Source of the DNA: a virus
IMG/VR virus record: IMGVR_UViG_3300001525_000125
Span: 1-60,514 of that record
Direction: 5' to 3' (one strand)
DNA length: 60,514 nt
Positions within the stretch are counted from its first letter, which is position 1, and each line of letters opens with the position of its first letter. A program made the position numbers and the translations under genes. A model generated the notes under the pieces. That model searched no databases, was not told the origin of the DNA, and worked only from the letters and a program-made list of their open reading frames with translations. Positions 52,051-60,514 of the stretch are shown one piece after another.

Positions 52051-55000
52051 TTACCCTTCAGAAGAAGAGATAGTAGAATTCTGTCTGTTGATTGTAGTAG
52101 TAACCTGAATGAATTCAATAGATTCTGCAGGAATTACTTGAATGTTGACATAGACTAGGTGAGAATCGTCAGGATCAGGCTTCACGACTACGCTCTTAGC
52201 AATGATTCCGCCAGCAGCCATAATGTTGCTCAAGAACGAATCTACTGTAGAAAGCATAGTGCTTCTTGTAGTAGAAGTGTTGTTCTGGAACAAGAACGGT
52301 ACCAGCATGTTCTCAAGATGCTTTTCGATGTAATTGATCAAGCCGCGAACATTGATTCTGTTTAGTGCACTTGTCTTCTTCAAAGCAGTCTTTTGTCCAT
52401 AGATTACTTCACCATATCCAGCACAAGATCTAGAACAGTTGATGTTTGCGTCATAAAGTTGTCCGATTTCGATATCAGACAGCTTCAGAAGCTGCCCATT
52501 GCTGTAGTCAATTGTACCGTTAGTCACACCAGCAGGCGCCATCCACGGAATGCCAGCCACCCAGCACCTAGCATGTGCAACAGCCATAGCAACAGACTTA
52601 GGCAGATACACCCAGTTAGAAGTGTAAGAGTCATAGTATCTGTCGTAACCAGCTTGACACGCAACGTAAGAACCATTCTGGAATGTGAAAAGCTTTCCTT
52701 CAGAAAGTGCCTTGTAAGCAGTCTTAGCTGCCTTAGACGTAACCTGAATGAAACCGATGTCCATTCCTCTGTCAATTGCTATGTTAGCAATTCTGTTCTG
52801 CATTGCAGCATACTTCTGTCTAGATTGGAATGTCTCGATAGGCTCTACGTTGAAGATGATATCAGCATCACTCTTCTGTCTGTCGCGATAGAGTTCAAGC
52901 GCAGCAGTCTTTTCTGTAATGTTGTTTTTCTTAGAGTTCTTTCCACCAGTAAGCTGATAGATCGAATATGTCTGCTTGGGCATTGCATACGTTCCAATAG
53001 CAGTCCTAGATGCAAGCACAGAACTGAGAGAAACGTAGATGTATTTAGACTGTCCATTGATTACATACGGTGCATACATTGAGTTGCCCATGCCATCCTT
53101 CACAGATGGATCGTTAGACACAAGGAATGACTCTACCGGCTCTTTGACAAGTGCATCGAGTCCAGAACCCCATACTGAAGCTTGTTGTGTCTTAGACTTG
53201 ACATACACATTGATCTTGTAGACTTTCTTCCATGTCAAGTTGTTCGGATTGCTCTTATAAGACGGATTTTCAAGCCAGTCTTTGTCAACAAGGTCTTCGT
53301 CGTCGAACTGGTATTTCCAGTTGAACGCTGCAGGCTGATCAGCAAGTGCCATGTTTCCAGCAACGGCTGGTGTAATGATTGACACACCGATGTCATTTCC
53401 ATATTCACCAGGTCCGACAGCTGCTATTACAAGCTGGTTGTTCTGTTCAGAAGCATAGCGTTCAATGTCACCGTTACCCGGTTCATCGACAGTCAAAATA
53501 GACTTTGTGTATCCGTCTTTGTACATTCCAGAAGGATCGTTGACAATCTCAGAAGTAGGATACGCCATGAGACGTTTTACTTTGTCAGGATTCTTGTTGT
53601 AAGTCCAAGGCTGATAGATTGGTTCTGGATGACGTGAAATATATGCAGACTTGATCACTTGCTTTCCTGCAACACCATCGTCGTTGTCAAAGTAAGTGTT
53701 GAAGATGTACCTAGACACATATACGCCATCTTGCTTATTGTCTGTGTCATTCGGATTGTTAGCAAAGATGATTCTTGTATTGATTGTGTTAGAAGTCGGA
53801 TCATACGCTTCAAAGAGCTTGTAGCCAGACGTGTAGACTTCTGAAACATCCTTTCCATACTGATTGTAAGCAAGCTTCTTTATTCTATCATAGTCGGCTG
53901 CTGTAATGTCATAAGCACTGTAGCCGTTGTCAGCGATTGTCTTGTAATGTTCAGAAACTGACTCACTTAAGTCGCCAAGATAGCTGTCTTCAGCATCTAC
54001 ATAGACGCTCGCAGAAATGCTATCTTGAACCTCAGATACAAGCTGCTGATTGTAAAGTGCACCCGTAATTTCACGGAATTGCGCACCAGAAACATGTGTC
54101 TTAGCTTCATAAGCAGAAACTGGAAGAATCTGAGAATCAATTGTAGATTCTTCGTCCCAGTCAAAGAAGTTAGCTTCAAGAACTTCTGCGCTTTCAGTGA
54201 CATTGTCTGTAACTTCTTCAGTAAAGATCTTATTGATTGTACCACCAGAAGCAACAGTATCAGTAGGATAGTTGTACTTACCTTCAAATGCCGCAGAATT
54301 TACATAGAATTGAAGTGTAGTTTCTGTATTGTTAAGTGTAAGATTTGCAGGTACAGTGAGCTGTGCAAAGTAAGCACTACCAATAGATCTTGTTTGATCT
54401 ACGAACATGTAAGGCTTGCTGACATTTGTAAATTCGTTCAGCTGATTTTCTGCACTAAACACGAACATATCATTCTGTGTCAATGTAGACGCAGAATTAG
54501 TAAACAGCTTATAAGCATTTCCATCAGGATTCAAAATCTTGAAGTATTTTCCTTGTGGATAGTCTGTAGCTTTCGTATTAGCTGTATCGTCTCTGACAAT
54601 TCTCATTGCAGGTTCTTGATCGTCCTGCAAGTCATGATAATACAGTGCATAACCATTGTCAACAAGACAGAAAGCAGAATTTGTGTTTATTCCATCATAG
54701 TTGTCATTGTCTACTTGTACAGCATTGTCGTTTGCAGCAGTGAATGTCTGCCAATTGGCATCTTTAATGCTCGCGTATTCAACATGCCCCTTCATTGGGT
54801 CAAGCAACTTGATCTGTGTATTTCCATCTTTGTCTACATATTCAAACGACTGAACAAGAGAATCGATCTTGCAGTCTTTAGCAGCAGCGTCTTCATACGG
54901 ATATTGAATAAATCCATAAGCTTCATCGCCTTGTGTAGCGCGAACGGCGTAAAGCTGTGGAGAAGCCTGAAGATAGAGATCTGCAGCAAAGTGTCCATAG

Positions 55001-55195
55001 TCAGTTTCAGACTCGGGATCACCGAAATTCTCATGGAATTTAGTGATCGATGTGCTAAGCACTCTCTGATTGACATAGCCTTTGTTAGCATTAAGAACAA
55101 TCGCCCCTACGCCGTCAGAAACTGTAGTATTTGCTTGGATAGAATTGTCTATTTCCGAAAAACCGGATACCTGGATAACTCCATTTTACGGCCAT
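52051..55195 (-). CDS. Contractile tail sheath protein, one CGG +1 site at codon 11
   Basis: MAVKWSYPGI-GFSEIDNSIQANTTVSDGVGAIVLNANKGYVNQRVLSTSITKFHENFGDPESETDYGHF...; C-terminal NRINVRGLINYIEKHLENMLVPFLFQNN. Confidence 0.85.
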
Positions 55196-55265
55196 AATAA
55201 ACCTCAAATTTTAATAATTCTAATAACTTCACTCACGAACATATGATAATCATTATATATTTATC

Positions 55266-55593
55266 ATGACTGAATATGTTTGTAAAATTTGCAATAAATC
55301 GTGTAAAGACACCCACAGTTTAGCTATACACATAAGTTAGTTATGCTGACAGACGCTGGAGTATTGGAAACTTATATAAACAGTTAGGATTTACTTTGAT
55401 AAGTAAAACTAAACCGTCATATTATTATATTGTAGACTATAAACGTCAAAATAGAATGAACTTTCAAAAGCATAAGCTTGTAGCAGAAGGATTTGATATG
55501 AACAAGACTGAACACGAAATCATGCTAGAAAGAAAAATCTATAGAATCTATGACTGTGGTTCATTGAAATTTAAATTCAACAGATTGACATAA
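55266..55593 (+). pseudogene. Homing-endonuclease-like remnant (zinc finger plus C-terminal DNA-binding domain)
   Basis: MTEYVCKICNKSCKDTHSLAIHIS* then in another frame ADRRWSIGNLYKQLGFTLISKTKPSYYYIVDYKRQNRMNFQKHKLVAEGFDMNKTEHEIMLERKIYRIYDCGSLKF. Confidence 0.55.
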
Positions 55594-55645
55594 AAAATAG
55601 CAGTAAACTTTTGTTTACTGCTTAAGACTATTTTCTTGTTACTTT

Positions 55646-56428
55646 CTAGAACAGTTTTGGAATGAAGAAGTTCTGATCAAGCTCAATTACTTGTCTGATT
55701 TCTTCACCACATGTACAGGTAAATGTAGCGGTCCTATCACAAATGAATGAATATTCGTCAAGCTTATGTATAATGAAGCAGAATGTAGGTGCATCAGCAT
55801 TCTTTACATAATCGTATGCTGACATCAGGTCGAGCTGTTTTCCGTTAATCGACTTGACATAGCTCGCAAGAAGCATGAACTGATCATCGATTGGCTCGAA
55901 CAAAGCTGGATTGTTCTTCAATCTCACAATTGCGTTTTCAGTACCTATTGTAGGAAATGTAAACTCAATCAAGTCTTCATTCGGCATCTTGATTTGTTTA
56001 GATGGAAGCTTCTTGTCATAGTGAACAATGTTTAGCTTGTCAAAAGTGTATTCTTGAACAGTCTGCGCTCCACAGATAGGGCATGTGCATTTCACTTGAA
56101 TCGGCTTTCCGTGGTATGTTATGTCACGAATATAGTACAAAAACCAAAGCTTGTCATTAGCAAGAATCTTTGTAACATCAATTCCAGTAATTCTTCTGCT
56201 TAGAATCTTGAAGATCACTCCATTTGCATTGTTGTCGACAATATTCGTGATGTCTTTCAAGTCCATGCCAGTAAATGGTGTCAAGTAAATGTCGTCTGTA
56301 TAGAACGCACCTCTTGATGGCAAAAGATTCTTGTCAAGCAATTTTCCTACATGTTGTGGCTTTGCTTGTGTCTGCTGTGCAATCAGTTCGTCTGGTGTCA
56401 AAGCTTGATCTTCTTCAATGATTCGCAT
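55646..56428 (-). CDS. Baseplate hub/assembly protein-like (T4 gp26-like), Zn-knuckle
   Basis: CTCPICGAQ...CTCGEE; 260 aa; in the tail module. Confidence 0.45.
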   Translation of the reverse strand: MRIIEEDQALTPDELIAQQTQAKPQHVGKLLDKNLLPSRGAFYTDDIYLTPFTGMDLKDITNIVDNNANGVIFKILSRRITGIDVTKILANDKLWFLYYIRDITYHGKPIQVKCTCPICGAQTVQEYTFDKLNIVHYDKKLPSKQIKMPNEDLIEFTFPTIGTENAIVRLKNNPALFEPIDDQFMLLASYVKSINGKQLDLMSAYDYVKNADAPTFCFIIHKLDEYSFICDRTATFTCTCGEEIRQVIELDQNFFIPKLF

Positions 56429-56474
56429 ACGATAGCCTCAAATTCAAAATAGTATACAGTATTATTATGCAAAT

Positions 56475-57567
56475 CTATTTATCGTCTGAAAGCCAGTATG
56501 GATCAAGTCCAGTAAGAACAAAGTCTACACACGCTTTGGTATGTTCTCTATACCATTTGTCAGTTTTCTTGTCATCACTAGATACAAGCTTTAACGAGAA
56601 TTCTTGTCTTGTTCCACTTATAGCTATGTCTATGTCATTCTTGTTTGCTACTGTCAAACTAAATTCTGTGTCAGTCTTGACAGTAGTATCAAAATTCAAC
56701 TGTGAACTTTCTGTCTTTAATGTTTCATAGTTGTCTGTGTCGTTTATCGTCAAGTACGCGGAAGTTGCAGAAAACCCGACTGAATTGGCTGAACCGTTGA
56801 TTCCGAAACTCTTTAGAAAATGCATCTGGTACAAAGCTACAATACTTTACAAAATACACCGGATGTCCGTGTACACTCTTAACTGAATCTTCTGAAAGTC
56901 CATTAGTAATCAGTCTGTCGGTTGACATGAAATCATTGTAGTATTCTGAATTTTGTTTGTCACTAGTCAAAATGTCAGTTCTTCCGACGTCTGCGACAAA
57001 GTTAAGTTCACTACCAAATGCTGAAGAAAATACATTGTCATAATCTTCAATTTCTGGACTAGATTTACTAGGATTCATTTTGAAAGTGTCAACGCGATAC
57101 ACAGTAGGAGTGTTGGTGAATTGAACTATTATTGGTGCACAATACTTGTCCTTTTCTTCTGGATCATCGTAAATTTGAATATAAACATCACCGTAGTCAA
57201 AGTCATTCAATGACAATGCAAGTTTTACAGTAGTATGCTTGTCTTTATTAAAGTCCCACAAAGCTAGAAATGAACATTCTTTCAAGTCTGCTCGATCAGT
57301 CTGTGTAGCATCAATAGTCGCCTTGACGGTGTCCATTGTAAATCTATTTGTTAGATAGACATCTACATACCTAAATGACTTCATCTTGTATTCATAGTTT
57401 ACAGTAATGCAACTGTAAGTATGATTATATAGTGTTATTTGTTCATCTTTAGAATTTGTGAATATGAAGTTCATAGAACTGTCGTTCTCGTACACGACAA
57501 GCTTTCTATCTTCATCTAATGAATCTTTATCACGTAGCAGCAGTACTATGTCTTTGTTAGTGCTCAT
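56475..57567 (-). CDS. Baseplate/tail protein, one CGG +1 site
   Basis: ...SFVPDAFSKEF-GINGSANSVGFSATSAYLTINDTDNYETL...; joins ORFs 56725-57567 and 56475-56834. Confidence 0.8.
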
Positions 57568-57571
57568 CTAG

Positions 57572-60313
57572 TCATCTTCCATACGAATAGCACAACTTGA
57601 GTCTCACTACCGAAATCTCATTTGGCAAAGAGTAATTGACGATGTTGTTATTGTCGTCTAGTATCGAATCTTCAATGATGTGTTTGACTACTTTGTAGTT
57701 TTCTACATAGTCATCTGTATCAAGTGTACTGGCAATCATGTTGAATGTCTTTTCGTTTAGCGCTAAAGGATTCTGCGTACTTTTTCGACGTAAGTATGTC
57801 AATTTTCTTTCTTCGGACGTAACACTTGAAGCAAGATGTCCCTTATAGTCATATGAGTTCTTTGTCAATTCTGCAGTGTACGGCAAAGCTACTGGTGTCG
57901 CAATTGTACTTTCTACGGGCTTTATTGAGTTCAAATTGTCAAATACTTTACATAGTGCTACATGCTGTTCTGCTGGTGTAATGTCTGGCATTACAGAATA
58001 GAACTGAGCTTCTTCTGTATTGATCTGCAGATACATAGTAGCGCCAGCTATTGAATCGACATTGAACGTGTAGTTTGCGTCATTTAGCGTTATCTGAATT
58101 CTACCGTCAGACAGGTCCGTGACAGACTTTACTGCTACTTGAGTCATTATTGGATTTTCAATTTCGTCTGTCATGAAGCCAATTCCAATAGACTTTGCAG
58201 CTAGTATCAAAGAAGAACTCATAGCCACAGCAGTCGTATTTATGGTATAGTGTGCAGAATTGAGAATGCTACCATCGCTGCTCGAACTTATCACTATCAC
58301 ATTGTTCTTGTAACCATTTGTACTAGTGACATATGTCTTGTCATAGCCTTCAACGATCTTATCTTGAACTTTGTTGAATAGATAGTAATCTGCGGTGTCT
58401 TTTGTCAAGCTCGATGGCGTAATGTCTACATTGACAGTCTTAGTTGCTGCGTTCTCGTACAACATCTTCACTATGTCGCTCTTGTAGATCTTGTTGTTGA
58501 ACTTCTGATTGTCTACAAGCCATTCGTAGATTTTTCCTTCGACTTCATTCTGATAGTTTGCTACATTCGAAGTTCTGTCTATCTCTACAGTGCCCACAAG
58601 ATCGAAGTACTGTACAATCGGTGGAATGCAGACTGGTGTCACGCCAAACTGTAACTTATCTTGTATGTCATTGTAGATTTCATACGTATTGATGTAGAAT
58701 GGATCTGCTTTGCTAGTTTGCTGGGTTCTTGCAATTTCGTCAGTTTCACCTTTGCAACATTCTGCTAAATCAGCAAGATGTGAAAGCATATCATCTTTTC
58801 CATTATACAATGTTGAAGTTCCTACAACCGAATCGTCTTCTGTAGTATAGACTTCTCTTGGCTTGTACTTGTCATTGCCGAGACTTTCGTACATGTCACC
58901 AATCACTGTGTAGAATACTGCATCTTTTGTATTGTCGCATGAAGTAGAAAATGTCGTGTCTTTATTAGTCTTGCTTCTCAATTCATTGCTTGTCCATGCT
59001 ATAGCATTCAGCGCATGAATCGGCTTAGACATAGAACTAAAATAGTCATTGAAGTCTTTCTTGTTGACAAGCTGTCCTCTTGATGCAAAGTATACAGCAG
59101 CGTTGTTCTTCATTCTCTGTATAGACTCAAAGTCATCACCATTAGAAATATTTGAAGTCAATATGAACGACACATTGTCAGTAATGTCATACACTTTGCC
59201 CGGGCTATGTGCCATGATTCTGCTACTGTTTGACAAGACAGAATCAGTCACGTCTGACATGTTTGCTCCATATCCATCTGTAACTACATATTGAACATAT
59301 AGAATCTCGTCTTCATCATTGAAACCGTTGTTTACTATAGCACCATCACCAAAGCTGATTCTGACTGTCTTGTCTTGATTGCTCTCAATTCTACATACGT
59401 TCAACTTCTTTGTCAATTCGTCTTCATTGTTTGCAGCTTTTACTTTCTTGTTACAGTATATGTTATCAATCTCTATGTCACATATCTTTTCTGGACTGAA
59501 CGCGTCGGTCTTGTTCAGTCCTATCCCTACTTTACACCAGCCATTTGCAGGAATGTACTCATTGTTGTAGTATGCGTATGGATCTCTAAGTCCATAGTAG
59601 TTGCTGAAACTTAAGTCGTTTATGTCATAGAACTGATACGACTCAGTCAGATGTTCAGCATTTGCAATAGCATATATTTCTTTTGTCTTTACTTCACATT
59701 GGACAATCTTGATCTTGTCAAGTCCATTGACATTGCTAGTCAAAGGAATCCATCCACTCTCTATGTCACTCAGAATAGAATACTGAATTGTCTTTGTCCA
59801 GTTAGAATTGTCTATGCCATTTGCAATGTCATCAGCAGTAAGTGTATAAGAATAGCAATGATCGAGTCTAAACGGCTTGTTGTTGAACTTCAAGCTCAAC
59901 TGCTCATTATTGAACCAGATTACATCACCGATTGCAGCATTTTTTGGCAGAGGTCCAACTAACTTGATAGCAATGTTTGCAGTAGCAGGTATAGCACGTC
60001 TCGGATTGTAGCCAAGATTCTTTGACAACTTGATGACGCTCGAATCAAGTCTGGCAGAATCAAAGAACATTTCTTCAGCTGTACGTCCAAGATAGAAATG
60101 TAGCATGTCAAAAGTACCAGACATCATTTCAATGTAAATTTGAAATATAGATGATGCGCTTAGATCTTTGTACTTTGGATCAGATATGATTCTGTTCTTG
60201 AACTGTTCTAACAGTTGTTCGTGTGTTACTTGCTGATAGTTTAGATTCATTGCTGCAATATCTCTTTTAAGATATTTATTGTATATTATACAATATAGTA
60301 AATTTCTTGCCAA
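57572..60313 (-). CDS. Baseplate wedge protein (T4 gp6-like)
   Basis: LSASSIFQIYIEMMSGTFDMLHFYLGRTAEEMFFDSARLDSSVIKLSKNLGYNPRRAIPATANIAIKL; likely start MNLNYQQVTHEQ. Confidence 0.8.
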   Translation of the reverse strand: MARNLLYCIIYNKYLKRDIAAMNLNYQQVTHEQLLEQFKNRIISDPKYKDLSASSIFQIYIEMMSGTFDMLHFYLGRTAEEMFFDSARLDSSVIKLSKNLGYNPRRAIPATANIAIKLVGPLPKNAAIGDVIWFNNEQLSLKFNNKPFRLDHCYSYTLTADDIANGIDNSNWTKTIQYSILSDIESGWIPLTSNVNGLDKIKIVQCEVKTKEIYAIANAEHLTESYQFYDINDLSFSNYYGLRDPYAYYNNEYIPANGWCKVGIGLNKTDAFSPEKICDIEIDNIYCNKKVKAANNEDELTKKLNVCRIESNQDKTVRISFGDGAIVNNGFNDEDEILYVQYVVTDGYGANMSDVTDSVLSNSSRIMAHSPGKVYDITDNVSFILTSNISNGDDFESIQRMKNNAAVYFASRGQLVNKKDFNDYFSSMSKPIHALNAIAWTSNELRSKTNKDTTFSTSCDNTKDAVFYTVIGDMYESLGNDKYKPREVYTTEDDSVVGTSTLYNGKDDMLSHLADLAECCKGETDEIARTQQTSKADPFYINTYEIYNDIQDKLQFGVTPVCIPPIVQYFDLVGTVEIDRTSNVANYQNEVEGKIYEWLVDNQKFNNKIYKSDIVKMLYENAATKTVNVDITPSSLTKDTADYYLFNKVQDKIVEGYDKTYVTSTNGYKNNVIVISSSSDGSILNSAHYTINTTAVAMSSSLILAAKSIGIGFMTDEIENPIMTQVAVKSVTDLSDGRIQITLNDANYTFNVDSIAGATMYLQINTEEAQFYSVMPDITPAEQHVALCKVFDNLNSIKPVESTIATPVALPYTAELTKNSYDYKGHLASSVTSEERKLTYLRRKSTQNPLALNEKTFNMIASTLDTDDYVENYKVVKHIIEDSILDDNNNIVNYSLPNEISVVRLKLCYSYGR

Positions 60314-60514
60314 TACGTAATATGTCTGAAGCTATGCTTCAGACAGCTGCAAGCAGCTTAATAGTTTTAGTAAAGTACATTCTAATGCCTAATATAATTC
60401 TATGTATAATACTATATAGAATTCACAATAAAATCATACTACAGAATGCTCTTCTTTCCTCATTTCCGACAAGATATAATATAGTTCACTTTTTGAAGGT
60501 GAAAAAGACTGACT

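Noticed and set aside
54025-55197. 390-aa plus-strand ORF opposite the sheath gene
   Set aside because: Shadow ORF antisense to the strongly supported sheath CDS; same for many plus-strand ORFs opposite long minus genes.
15346-57567. Sequencing or assembly indels as the explanation for all broken frames
   Set aside because: All 22 events are +1 and sit on an in-frame CGG in varied contexts, while out-of-frame CGG is harmless and homopolymers are not involved in general. Not formally excluded without raw reads.
1-60514. CRISPR array or retron-like structure
   Set aside because: No regularly spaced direct repeats and no reverse transcriptase-like ORF were seen.

Overview
The window is about 60.5 kb of a low-GC, T4-like (contractile-tailed) phage genome, mostly coded on the minus strand. 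It encodes a TerL C-terminal part, tail sheath and tail tube, gp5-like spike, gp53-like and gp6-like baseplate wedge proteins, a gp4-like head completion nuclease, gyrase/topoisomerase A and B, NrdD/NrdG, ATP-dependent DNA ligase, a sigma70-family factor, a glycosyltransferase, a dTMP kinase-like protein, a tRNA cluster and many small unknown ORFs.

The main observation is apparent pervasive +1 recoding at CGG. By hand translation I found 22 in-frame CGG codons in 15 genes. At each one the zero frame soon stops or turns into non-protein-like sequence. Skipping one base (reading C-GGN as one Gly, i.e. a quadruplet CGGN) joins the upstream protein to the downstream one. This rebuilds a P-loop dTMP kinase-like protein (4 sites), a 635-aa protein (3 sites), a glycosyltransferase N-terminus (2 sites), the sheath N-terminus, the gp5-like spike and several tail proteins. 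It also reveals two genes missing from the ORF track.

The same window encodes a tRNA-Gly whose anticodon loop is A-U-UCC-G-G. Its bases 34-37 (UCCG) are the exact complement of the quadruplet CGGA. CGG codons are absent from the long ORFs I spot-checked, such as NrdD. The only counterexamples are in a decaying methyltransferase-like paralogue family.

A second notable feature is a TerL gene fragment that starts with the long C-terminal piece of an atypically split intein, and that fragment itself carries a CGG shift site. No database search or computation was run; all joins and frames were checked by hand.
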